Shown here: positions 35,212 to 44,800 of the stretch, one piece after another | Numbering within the stretch: the first letter of the stretch is position 1 | How the letters are laid out: each line of letters starts with the position of its first letter | Virus record (IMG/VR): IMGVR_UViG_3300004806_000027 | Coordinates: 1-60,083 of that record | From: a virus | Taxonomy: Duplodnaviria > Caudoviricetes | Strand: one strand, 5' to 3' | DNA: 60,083 bases | Notes under the pieces: generated by a model | What the model was told of the DNA's origin: nothing | The model's input: only the letters and a program-made list of their open reading frames with translations | Database searches by the model: none | Program-made: the position numbers and the translations under genes

Positions 35212-35438
35212 TTCAGGTTAAGACGCCCAATGAATTAATTGACTATGTGCGATCTATCCGGATTAACGGCAAAAAGCTAAATTCAACGGGCCGCGAACAA
35301 ATGTTGGCGTCTTGTGCCTTTGAGGCATACAAATGCACGTCAAGCGGTTATGTGCGGCGGATACCGTCAAGCGGGCCTGTGCCAATGGAAATCAGAGAAG
35401 GTTTCCCCGATTCATGGTTGGAAGCGCCCCATGGATGA
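35208..35438 (+). CDS. Hypothetical protein
   Basis: GTGA-coupled. Confidence 0.6.
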   Translation: MIQVKTPNELIDYVRSIRINGKKLNSTGREQMLASCAFEAYKCTSSGYVRRIPSSGPVPMEIREGFPDSWLEAPHG

Positions 35439-35595
35439 TTATAAGCCCGCTCAAACAGCCAATTTAAGTTATGACGGCCAGCAATATTTGATTACCGGCG
35501 TTGGATCAAATGGTCAGCCGGTGCGCATTGAATTGTCTGATCGCGCGTTTAATCTGCTTTATGCTCAAGCGGTCAAATTAAATTATCATCGCTGA
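35431..35595 (+). CDS. 54-aa hypothetical protein
   Basis: ATG at 35431 overlaps the previous stop region. Confidence 0.55.
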   Translation: MDDYKPAQTANLSYDGQQYLITGVGSNGQPVRIELSDRAFNLLYAQAVKLNYHR

Positions 35596-35744
35596 TTGCG
35601 CGTGTCACAATTGGTATTATTTCCAATATCCCCTGCGGCGATGATATTCGTCATAAATAGACATTGACCATTGGATTATACCCAAAAGCCACAATGGACC
35701 AATGGCCACGATAAGAGCAACAAGTGTTGCAAATTGAATGTCTG

Positions 35745-35930
35745 TCACCTGGCACCCCGTAATTTTTCCAACATCGGATCAAGCCCGCGCCGGATCATTT
35801 CTGACCGGCTGACACCACGGCGGATTGCTTCATTGTCGATCAGCCTAATGACGTGTTCAGCCATATATAAATTGACGCGCACCAATGGGTACGCAACGGG
35901 GGCGTTTGTCTCTGCGCTAGTGGACATCAT
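35745..35930 (-). CDS. Ribbon-helix-helix (CopG/Arc-like) DNA-binding protein
   Basis: VRVNLYM..VIRLID.EA.RRGVSRSEMIR; GAGG RBS. Confidence 0.85.
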   Translation of the reverse strand: MMSTSAETNAPVAYPLVRVNLYMAEHVIRLIDNEAIRRGVSRSEMIRRGLDPMLEKLRGAR

Positions 35931-35967
35931 GCCTTGGCCTCATGATGGTTGATTTATGAATTAATGA

Positions 35968-36081
35968 TAACCCGACGCAGCAATTTTCAAGACTGCTTTT
36001 TACCCATATCAGCACCCATCATTACATCATTTAGCACCCATCTGTGACCCATTTGAACATTTGCGCTTATGCGTCGGGTTA
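35968..36081. promoter_or_regulatory. Divergent control region with back-to-back late motifs and ACCCAT repeats
   Basis: TGCGTCGGGTTA on the minus strand (35979-35968) and plus strand (36070-36081); AGCACCCATC at 36011-36020 and 36033-36042. Confidence 0.7.
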
Positions 36082-36093
36082 GTGGTTAAGGCT

Positions 36094-36429
36094 ATGAACT
36101 TGCCGCGTCGTCCACGTACCAAAAAACCGGCCTTTGATGCCTCTGATCCAAAAGCAATAAAGCTGGCGGAGCAAGAGTCGCAAGTAAGGGAAGTTAAACG
36201 GCGGGAGGTCGCTGCGACTATTTTGGGGTCGCTTTATGGCCGTGAATGGCTGTGGCAAATCCTTTCAGATACGGGCATTTGGGAAAAGCGCATAAGTATG
36301 ACGGGGGAACACGAAAACGGGTTTTACGAGGGTCAACGTGAAGTTGGTCTAAACCTGTTGCGTTTCTTGTGCGCTGTCGATCCTGCCAATGCCGCCTTAA
36401 TGATTTCGGAGAATGACCAGCGTGCCTGA
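36094..36429 (+). CDS. Bbp19-like small protein upstream of scaffold
   Basis: GREWLWQIL...FYEGQREVGL motif and position. Confidence 0.8.
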   Translation: MNLPRRPRTKKPAFDASDPKAIKLAEQESQVREVKRREVAATILGSLYGREWLWQILSDTGIWEKRISMTGEHENGFYEGQREVGLNLLRFLCAVDPANAALMISENDQRA

Positions 36430-37270
36430 TCCAATTCAAGACATTGCGGCAACCATCCCCGCACCTGCAAGCCAAGGGGCGGGCGCGGTAACTGCGCCGG
36501 TGTCTGTGCCGGATGCGAGCGCGACACCGGCGACTTTTTCAGCACCCGATAACGCGACACCCACAACAACGCCAGACGTTGCACAAACGCCGGATATCGC
36601 GGCTGCTGAAACCCCAAAGGTCGCTGATACCGGCGAAACGCTGTTAAGCGAGGCTCGGACCAAAGAGCCGGAAGCCAAAGAAATTGAGGCAAAGTCTGAT
36701 GAGGCAAAGGCGCCCGAATCGACCGATGCCGTGGTTCTGCCGTCTTATGAAACATTCGCGGTGCCGGAAGGCATCAAGCTGGATGAAAAGTTAGTTGGTG
36801 ATTTTAATAAGTTGCTTGGTGAGTTCGAAGTAAAGGCCAATGTGCCGCATGATGCGGCGCAAGCCCTTGGTCAACAGTTGGTCGATTTCTTCATTAGCGA
36901 GCAAAAGGCAAGCGCGGAGCGGGTTCAAAATGTCCAATTAGAGACATGGAACAAAGTGCGCGATAGCTGGAAAGATGAATTCCGCAAAGACCCTGACATT
37001 GGTGGCAATCGTCAAGAAACGACGATCCGCAAGGCGGGGGCGGTTATTGAACGCTACGGCTCCATCGTTGGGCCGGAAAAGGAAGCGGCATTACGCAATG
37101 CGCTTCGCGTAACGGGGGCCGGGGATCATCCCGAAGTCATCCGTTTTGTCAATTGGGTCGCTGGCAAAACCGTCGAGACTGCACGTCCCGTCGCTGCCAA
37201 CACTCCGAAAGCACCAGTTCTTAAATCTCGCGCGGATAGACGTTATTCCGCCTCTAGTGGAGCAAATTGA
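36413..37270 (+). CDS. Capsid scaffolding protein
   Basis: Low-complexity N-terminus; YETFAVPEG, DPDIGG and GAGDHPEVIRF motifs; directly before the capsid gene. Confidence 0.88.
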   Translation: MTSVPDPIQDIAATIPAPASQGAGAVTAPVSVPDASATPATFSAPDNATPTTTPDVAQTPDIAAAETPKVADTGETLLSEARTKEPEAKEIEAKSDEAKAPESTDAVVLPSYETFAVPEGIKLDEKLVGDFNKLLGEFEVKANVPHDAAQALGQQLVDFFISEQKASAERVQNVQLETWNKVRDSWKDEFRKDPDIGGNRQETTIRKAGAVIERYGSIVGPEKEAALRNALRVTGAGDHPEVIRFVNWVAGKTVETARPVAANTPKAPVLKSRADRRYSASSGAN

Positions 37271-38307
37271 TGGCTTACCTTTCCCTTCTGGACGTGACCC
37301 GTCGCATGGACCCGGATGGGTCGGTGGCGGAAATTGCTGAATTGTTGTCTCAGTGCAACGAAGTGTTTAAGGACATGCTGTGGGTTGAATCCAACCTGCC
37401 GACTGGTCACAAAAGCACGATCCGCACCGGTCTGCCGCAAGGCACCTGGCGCGCGGCTTATGGTGGCGTTCCTTACACCAAGTCGCGCACGGCGCAAGTG
37501 ACCGATGCCATTGGCCAATTGGCTGCTTATAGCCAAGTTGACAAGATGGTGGCGGAATTGGGCGGCAAGGTCGCACAAGTTCGCATGTCGGAAGATAACG
37601 CCCATTTGGAAGGTTTGAGCCAGCAAATGGCAACCACGCTGTTCTATGGCAACGTGTCCACGGCTCCGACCCAGTTCACGGGTTTCTCGCCGCGCTTTAA
37701 TACCAAGACGGCCACCACTGCCGCCAATGCTCAGAACGTGATTGACGCCGGTGGCACCGGGTCGTCAAACGCTTCAATCTGGCTTGTTGGCTGGGGTGAC
37801 AACACTTGCTTTGGCATTTTCCCGCAAGGGTCGAAGGCTGGTCTGGTGTTTGAAGATCGTGGGGATGTGGTTCCGGGTTATGACGCCGCCAACAATCCCT
37901 TCCCGGCCTATACCTCGTATTTCCAATGGAATGCGGGTTTGGTCACCAAGGATTGGCGTTATATTTGCCGCATTGCCAATATTGACACCACAACGGTCGG
38001 TCTGCAAGGTTCAACGCCGCCTGACCTGTTCTATTACATGAGCAAGGCGGTTGTGCGTTTACCGACGCTGACCAAGCGCGCATCTGGCATTACGGAAACG
38101 GATGCTCCGGATGAACCGGCGCCCGGTATCAGCCCGGCATTCTATGTCAACCGTACCGTCCGCGAGTACCTGGACATTCAGGCTATCCGCGACAAGAACG
38201 TGTTGTTGAAACCCACGGAGTATGCCGGTGAGCCGGTTGTCGAGTTCCGTGGCATCCCCATTCGTGTTTGCGACACGCTCGTAAACACCGAAGCCACCCT
38301 AGTCTGA
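37270..38307 (+). CDS. Major capsid protein (BPP-1/epsilon15-like)
   Basis: IAELLSQCNEV..DM.W.E.N, RTGLP, LFYG, SIWLVGWG, DWRY..RIANID, FRGIPIRVCD. Confidence 0.95.
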   Translation: MAYLSLLDVTRRMDPDGSVAEIAELLSQCNEVFKDMLWVESNLPTGHKSTIRTGLPQGTWRAAYGGVPYTKSRTAQVTDAIGQLAAYSQVDKMVAELGGKVAQVRMSEDNAHLEGLSQQMATTLFYGNVSTAPTQFTGFSPRFNTKTATTAANAQNVIDAGGTGSSNASIWLVGWGDNTCFGIFPQGSKAGLVFEDRGDVVPGYDAANNPFPAYTSYFQWNAGLVTKDWRYICRIANIDTTTVGLQGSTPPDLFYYMSKAVVRLPTLTKRASGITETDAPDEPAPGISPAFYVNRTVREYLDIQAIRDKNVLLKPTEYAGEPVVEFRGIPIRVCDTLVNTEATLV

Positions 38308-38319
38308 GGAGCCGGAACA

Positions 38320-38829
38320 ATGTTGTTCGACGTTAATACACTTTTCTATCACTCCGGTTCCGCGTTTGCATTTACGGGTGGCGAATATGTTTCGCTGGTC
38401 ACGACTGCAACCACGGCATCATCCGTCATCGACATGGGCGTGTTTGAAGATTTGGGCATCGGCGATGGCCTGTACATTCCCAAGGTTGCCTTGCAATTAA
38501 GCACCGGCATCACTTGCGCTTGTACGTCGCTGACCCTGAATTTCCAATTCCAAGGTTCGACCAATTCCACCACCTGGACCACCTATGCCGAAAGCGGCAC
38601 GGCTTCAACCGCGTCTTACAAGGCCGGTTATTTCGTGCTGCCCATTGACGTGCCGCGTCGTCCGGCTGGCGCCGCTTTGCCGCGCTATTACCGGATTAAC
38701 ATGGTTGTGGCTGGCAATGCCAACACGGAATCCATTTCGTCTGGCAATGTCATCGGTGGCATCGTTATTCAGCGCGAAGATAGCTACGACACGCAAGCTC
38801 TCTACGCTGCTGGCTATTCTGTATCGTAG
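38320..38829 (+). CDS. Capsid cement/decoration protein (Bbp16-like)
   Basis: M.FD...SVIDMG..DLGIG...RYYRIN...G.V jelly-roll pattern; follows the capsid gene. Confidence 0.8.
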   Translation: MLFDVNTLFYHSGSAFAFTGGEYVSLVTTATTASSVIDMGVFEDLGIGDGLYIPKVALQLSTGITCACTSLTLNFQFQGSTNSTTWTTYAESGTASTASYKAGYFVLPIDVPRRPAGAALPRYYRINMVVAGNANTESISSGNVIGGIVIQREDSYDTQALYAAGYSVS

Positions 38830-38842
38830 CATTTAGTTCTGG

Positions 38843-38872
38843 CCCTCCCGGCCTAAAAACCGGGAGGGTTTT
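38843..38872 (+). terminator. Rho-independent terminator after the capsid genes
   Basis: CCCTCCCGG-loop-CCGGGAGGG-TTTT. Confidence 0.85.
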
Positions 38873-38901
38873 GACCCTATAACTAATTTTGGAGCGCTAT
38901 A

Positions 38902-39516
38902 ATGCGTTACGATGATGAAGGCGGCAATACCGCGACCGAAGCTCTTGGCGGATCAGATTTAGCCAGCATTAAGGCTGAGAATGAGGCGCTGCGCGCCCGT
39001 CTTGCCGAATTGCAAGGCAATACCATTTCGCGTCCCGTGTTCAACGGTGAGGTGCCGAAATACAAGCTAAACTCTCCGTGCTATTTCGAAGATGATACGC
39101 TTCGCATGGAAGGGGACATTGTTGAATATATCGGCACGCCCAATCTGGAAATGGTGCCGCTCAACAAAGCCGCTGAAAAGCGGATGCAAGAATTTATCGG
39201 CATGCTGACCGATGCGGCGCGTCAAACCGCTCAATTGCACGGGCGCCCGTTCGAAGGTCTTGTGACCGATAATGGCGTGCTGATTGCGCAGAATTTGCAG
39301 CATGCGCGCCGGACGGCCAATGAAGTGGTTGTAGCCATGCCGGTGGATCGCTCGGAAGTGCCGACCATGCCGCACACGGAAGATGCTGCTGCGATACGTA
39401 ATCGTGGCGGGCGTCCGCGCAAGGCAAGCCCGGTTATTTCGACCACGCCGCAAAGCTCGGCCAATGAACGGCCTACGCCGAAAACTTATGCTCAAATCGG
39501 ACGTGAGGCAATCTAA
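38902..39516 (+). CDS. Hypothetical virion-module protein
   Basis: GGAG RBS; 204 aa; RGGRPRK AT-hook-like motif. Confidence 0.75.
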   Translation: MRYDDEGGNTATEALGGSDLASIKAENEALRARLAELQGNTISRPVFNGEVPKYKLNSPCYFEDDTLRMEGDIVEYIGTPNLEMVPLNKAAEKRMQEFIGMLTDAARQTAQLHGRPFEGLVTDNGVLIAQNLQHARRTANEVVVAMPVDRSEVPTMPHTEDAAAIRNRGGRPRKASPVISTTPQSSANERPTPKTYAQIGREAI

Positions 39517-39623
39517 TGGCTAATCCATGTGATGTTGGCGCTGCGGCTTTGACCAAAACGCGCATTGATGCGGATACCGCTTCAACGTGGTGGAATTACA
39601 CGTATTTTGCGAGTTACGCATGA
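39516..39623 (+). CDS. 35-aa mini-protein (not in track)
   Basis: MANPCDVGAAALTKTRIDADTASTWWNYTYFASYA; TAATG and ATGA coupling. Confidence 0.65.
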   Translation: MANPCDVGAAALTKTRIDADTASTWWNYTYFASYA

Positions 39624-39733
39624 GTGCGCCGAAACAGCCGAACAAAGCGGGCGGCGCTCCGGTGGTCACGCATGTGGATGCAAGGCAAGATGTTGATTGG
39701 CACAAATACACGCTGGCTTCGTCGTTTAAATAG
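39620..39733 (+). CDS. 37-aa mini-protein, paralog of the previous (not in track)
   Basis: MSAPKQPNKAGGAPVVTHVDARQDVDWHKYTLASSFK. Confidence 0.65.
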   Translation: MSAPKQPNKAGGAPVVTHVDARQDVDWHKYTLASSFK

Positions 39734-39740
39734 GTGATCC

Positions 39741-39926
39741 ATGCCGCCTGTCTCGCAAAGTCAACGCGCTCTTATGTATGCCGCTGCATCAAAAAAGGGC
39801 GGTTTAGCGGGCGTGTCGCAAAAGGTGGCTAAAGAGTTTGTGGCGGCTGACAAGCCTGGAAAGTTACCTGAGCACAAATCAAAGGCGTATCGCCGGTATA
39901 AGTCTAAGGGGTCTGACGGTGGCTAA
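39741..39926 (+). CDS. Small basic protein
   Basis: AGGTG RBS; MPPVSQSQRALMYAAA...SKAYRRY. Confidence 0.8.
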   Translation: MPPVSQSQRALMYAAASKKGGLAGVSQKVAKEFVAADKPGKLPEHKSKAYRRYKSKGSDGG

Positions 39927-40128
39927 TTGGATCAAAGGTGCGGTTGGGAACAACAAAGGCACGTTTCGCAAAAAGGCGGAACGGGCTGGTAAAACCACGC
40001 GCGAATATGCCGCCGAAAAAGCCGATGCGCCGGGCAAGCTGGGCCGCGAAGCGCGATTGGCTGAAACCTTAATGGGAATGAGCCATAAGGTATCAAAACG
40101 GTATGCCCCGAAAGGAGTGGTGCGCTGA
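39919..40128 (+). CDS. Small basic protein (GTG start)
   Basis: MANWIKGAV...PGKLGREARLAETL...KVSKRY. Confidence 0.8.
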   Translation: MANWIKGAVGNNKGTFRKKAERAGKTTREYAAEKADAPGKLGREARLAETLMGMSHKVSKRYAPKGVVR

Positions 40129-40331
40129 TGGCCAAATGGATCAAAAAGGGCAAGAAAGTCGAAAAAGACGGATCGTCTTACAAAGATGAACCTGTTTTTG
40201 CCGATGACGATGATTCTGTGGAAACTGTAAGTTCCATTGACCGGGCCAACAAAGCCGAAAAGGTCATTGGATTGCAGCATAATTCAAAGGCCGCGCGTCG
40301 TTATGGCCGGGTCACTGTTAAGAAGGGCTGA
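40128..40331 (+). CDS. Small protein
   Basis: MAKWIKKG...SKAARRY; TGATG coupling. Confidence 0.75.
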   Translation: MAKWIKKGKKVEKDGSSYKDEPVFADDDDSVETVSSIDRANKAEKVIGLQHNSKAARRYGRVTVKKG

Positions 40332-40335
40332 TACG

Positions 40336-40734
40336 ATGAGCGAATATCCCAAAGCAAAATCCAAAGGCGAGAAGCGTTATGGCACACCGCCGCATATTGA
40401 AACCGTGAAATCTGAGGGTGACACGGATCGCGCCGTGGCGCCGAAAAAGGCCGCTGCGGCTGCTGAAAAGACGGCGGATCGTGAAGCCACGCCGCATGCT
40501 GGCGATAAGAAAATGGTGGGCAAAGAAGGCACCATGGGTGGCAATGACGACATGGTGCATGTTTCCGAATTGCACGCGACCGAACGCAAGGAAATGCACA
40601 CGCGGCATGAAAAAGAGCGCCGCGACATGCATACGCGCCACGAAGAAGAACAAAAGGCCATGGATAAGAAGCACATGGAGCGTTATGACCGCACCGACAT
40701 TGGTAAGGGCGGCACTGAATTAGGGCGCGAATAA
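40336..40734 (+). CDS. Charged protein with His/Met-rich 11-residue repeats
   Basis: SKGEKRY near the N-terminus; HATERKEMHTR/HEKERRDMHTR/HEEEQKAMDKK. Confidence 0.8.
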   Translation: MSEYPKAKSKGEKRYGTPPHIETVKSEGDTDRAVAPKKAAAAAEKTADREATPHAGDKKMVGKEGTMGGNDDMVHVSELHATERKEMHTRHEKERRDMHTRHEEEQKAMDKKHMERYDRTDIGKGGTELGRE

Positions 40735-41033
40735 TGAGCGCCTATGGCATGGTGAACCTTAAGCGCACGCCGCGCGAAAAGGTTGAAGATATGATGCCGA
40801 TGGCTTACGAGCCGTCTGATACGCCGCCGGGTCTGTGTTTGTGCTTGACCGAAACGGAATTGGAAAAGCTGGGGCTTTCCGATGACGTTGATATGGGTGA
40901 TTTGCTGCATCTTCGTTTGATGTGCGAAGTGACGGCGGTTCACAAGACTGAAAACGGATGCCGGATCGAATTGGCTGCAATTCATGGCACTGTCGAAGAT
41001 GAAGATGACGAAGGGGACGAGGAGGACGAATAG
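40734..41033 (+). CDS. Capsid staple-like small virion protein
   Basis: MVNLK...PPGLCLCL...LEKLGL...EVTAV pattern; acidic tail. Confidence 0.65.
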   Translation: MSAYGMVNLKRTPREKVEDMMPMAYEPSDTPPGLCLCLTETELEKLGLSDDVDMGDLLHLRLMCEVTAVHKTENGCRIELAAIHGTVEDEDDEGDEEDE

Positions 41034-41066
41034 TCCCCACGTTCAAAGTTAAGGTGAGGTTGTCGC

Positions 41067-41834
41067 ATGAACGCGGTTGATGTGTGCAATCTTGCCTTGG
41101 CTGAAATTGGCAACCGCACGTCTATTTCATCGTTTGATGATGGATCGCCGCAAGCCAATATTGCCAAGCTGTTTTATACGCCCAAAATGCAAGCATTGGC
41201 GCGGGGGGCGCCTTGGAACGGCTGGCGCGGTCAAATTGCTTTAACGCAATTGAAATCCTACACGGATTCAAACCCGCCGCCGCAACCTTTTTTATATGAA
41301 TATGCTTGGCCCTCCGATTGTTTGGAGGCCCGGTTTATCATTCCAACTCAAACAAATACCACGGGCAGCACGGTGCCTTTGACCACGGGTCAAACGGTAT
41401 GGCAACCCGCGCAAGCGGTGGATACCACAACGCCTTTTGTGGTGGGTACGGATTACGACACCAATGGCAGTCCGATTAAGGTCATTCTGACCAATTTGGA
41501 ACAAGCCCAATTGATTTACACGCGGGATTTAACCCAAGTGCCCGATTTGTGGGATTCATTGTTTTTGACGGCGGCAACGGCTTATCTTGCGTCTTACTTT
41601 ATTAATGCGCTGGCCCGGAATGAACAGCAATTAAAAGATCAGATTGCCATTGCCAAGAACGCGATTATGGATGCTCGATCTGGATCGGGCAATGAAGGCA
41701 TTAACGATACAGACCACATACCGGATTGGTTCAAGGCTCGTATGGTGTCATCTGTGCCTTGGGCTTTTGGGTCTGCGGGCGGCTTCCCAATGAATTGGGA
41801 TAATGTGGTGTTTGCTGATGGGCTGAGTTATTAA
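41067..41834 (+). CDS. Tail tubular protein A / head-tail adaptor
   Basis: VDVCNLALAEIG, YEYAWPSDCL and WDSLF motifs. Confidence 0.9.
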   Translation: MNAVDVCNLALAEIGNRTSISSFDDGSPQANIAKLFYTPKMQALARGAPWNGWRGQIALTQLKSYTDSNPPPQPFLYEYAWPSDCLEARFIIPTQTNTTGSTVPLTTGQTVWQPAQAVDTTTPFVVGTDYDTNGSPIKVILTNLEQAQLIYTRDLTQVPDLWDSLFLTAATAYLASYFINALARNEQQLKDQIAIAKNAIMDARSGSGNEGINDTDHIPDWFKARMVSSVPWAFGSAGGFPMNWDNVVFADGLSY

Positions 41835-44800
41835 ATGACAGCGCCCATTTTACAAAATGCCCTAAATGCTGGTGAATTATCGCCGTCATTATTTGGCCGG
41901 ACAGACCTTGATAAATACCGCAAAGGTTGTTCGACGCTGCGCAATTTCTTTGCGTCCTATCGCGGCGGCGCTGCATCGCGCGCGGGAACGGCTTTTGTGG
42001 GTCAATGCAAACAAGGGTCGCTGGGCAATAATGCTGCATTGCCGCCTGTTTTGATCCCGTTTCAATACTCGGTCACTCAAGGCATAGCACTTGAATTTGG
42101 CGATAATTATTTGAGATTTGCCATTGATGGGGCTTATGTCACCGAAACACCAATACCCATTTATGGGTTTAACAATGTTTCGCCCGCGTTAATTTCGGTC
42201 AATAACCTTTGGGCGCCGGGCGATTGGGTTTATGCGTCTGGTATTGGGGGTATTCCGGAAGTTAATGGCCGGTTATTTGTGATTGGCACGCGGTCCCCAA
42301 TTGGGGTCACTTTGCTTGATCCTTTAACCGGTGGAAATGTCGATGCGACCAATTGGCCGTTATGGACCGGCGGGGGAACGCTGGCGCGCATTTACGAGGT
42401 GTCAACGCCTTACGCCGCGTCTGATCTTCCTTTGTTAAAATGGACCCAAAGCGCGGACGTGATGACGCTTACTCATCCGTCCTATCCGCCCTATGATTTA
42501 ACCCGGATCAATTATAACAATTGGACATTGACGCAAACCAGCTTTGATGTGGCGATTGCTGCGCCCACGGCTTTATTTGCGTCTGCATCCAGCGTCACCA
42601 CGTCCACAACGTCTTTCTACTATCAATATGTGGCCACGGCGGTTGATGCGGTCACGGGGCAGGAAAGCATAGCGTCTCCACCTTATACGGTGGCATCGGT
42701 TAATATTTCCGCGCAAGCCGGGACCATTCGGATTAACTGCAATCCAGTGACCACGGCGGAATCCTATAATTTTTATCGGGCGCCCGTGTCTTATGCGTCC
42801 CCTCCCGTGGGGGGCCAGATTTACGGGTATATCGGAACCAGCCGGGGTGTCTGTTTTACGGATGCCAATATCACGCCTGATTATACCGTATCGCCGCCCA
42901 TCCATACCAATCCGTTTGCTACGTCCTCGGTCACGTCTATTAATGTGACAAATCCGGGGTCTGGTTATTCCACGGCTGGGGTGACGGTATCAATTTCATC
43001 GACCAATGGGTCTAGCTTTGCCGGTACAGTGGTTGTTATTGATGGTCAAATCCAATGGGTCACGATTGACAATGGGGGTCATGGGTATTCGACCTCTGAC
43101 ACATTGTCATTTATTGATTCAACCGGATCGGGCGCACAAGGTACAATTCAAGTCGGCCCGTCCACTGGGACTTATCCGGGAGTTTGTGCGTATTTCCAGC
43201 AACGCCGGTTTTATGCGTCCACGTATAACAATCCGGACACTTATTTTGCGTCTCAACCTGGCGCGTTCACTAATATGGATCGGTCTATTCCGACCAAAGC
43301 CGATGATGCGATTGTTGGGACTCCATGGTCGCAACAAGTCAATGGCATTCAATGGATGATTAACATGCCTGGGGGCTTGGTGGTTTTGACCGGGCGCGGA
43401 GCGTGGCAATTATCCGGATCGGGGCAATCGGGAACGGCCATCACGCCGTCAAATCAATTTGCCGCGCCGCAAGCCTATACCGGATGCTCTCCGACAATCC
43501 GGCCCATTCCGGTCAATTTTGACATTCTCTATGTTCAGGAAAAAGGCTCTATTGTCCGTGATCTGAGCTATAATTTTTTTACGAATATCTATACCGGCAC
43601 GGATTTGACGGTGCTTTCAAACCATCTGTTTGATGGCCATACGATCGTGCGGTGGGATTGGTGCGAGGAGCCGAATAAGCTCTTATGGGCCGTGCGCGAT
43701 GACGGCATTTTGCTCAATCTGACTTATTTGAAAGAGCAAGACGTTTATGCGTGGTCACGGCATGACACCAATGGCTTGTTTAAATCGGTCTGTTCGATTT
43801 CTGAGCCTCCGGTGGACGCGGCTTATTTTGTGGTTCAACGGTATATTCCTGGGGCGGGGGTTAATGCGTATTATCTGGAACGCATGAATGACCGGCTATG
43901 GGAAACCATAGATGATGCGTGGTGCGTTGATGCCGGGCTGTCTTATACCCAAAATCAACCGGAAACCTATGCCAGCGTTTTAAGCGCGACGGGAACACCG
44001 ACACTTCAACAACCTGTTTTGGCTTATGGAGGTCAGAATTATTCCGATACGACTTATGCTCGGATTGACGATCCAACCGGATCAGGGGCTATCGGCACGG
44101 TAACAGTGACGGCTGGGGCTATTACCGCCGTGGGGGTTATCGGGACCTTGACGGGATACACAAACCCTAAATTTGTTGTAGTCGATCCGACCAATCAGGG
44201 CGGCGGCGCGGTTGTTAATATTTTTTCGCTCAACGTCACCACATTTTCCACAAGTGCGGCGGTGCTGTCGAATACGGCGGGCTATGGCCAAGCGGGCGAT
44301 GTTATCCGGATCGGCGGGGGTCTGCTGACGGTTTTATCCTATATTGATTCAAGTCATTTATCTGTTCAGGTCGTGCGGCCAATTACGCAGACTTTTCCAA
44401 ATGACCCCAATAATCTGCCCATTCCGCAATCGCCGGGTACGTGGTCAATCGCCACTCCGATCACAACGGTTTATGGGCTGAACCATTTGGAAGGCATGAC
44501 CGTTTCAATTTTGGCGGATGGCGTGGTTCAAGCGCCTCAAGTGGTGTCTGGCGGTACGGTTACATTATCGGTCGCTGCATCAAATATTGTGGTGGGCCTT
44601 GGGTTCACGGCGCAATTGCAAACCATGTATTTGGATTTTCCAGCGCAAGTGACTGTTCAGGGACGCAGAAAAGTCGCGTATAATGCAACGGTTCGGGTTG
44701 AAAATTCCGGGTCTGTTTTTGAAGTGGGAACCAATCAGCCGGATCAATCCGTTCAGCCTGGGAATGCAACGGTTACATGGTCGAATATGACGCAATTTGC

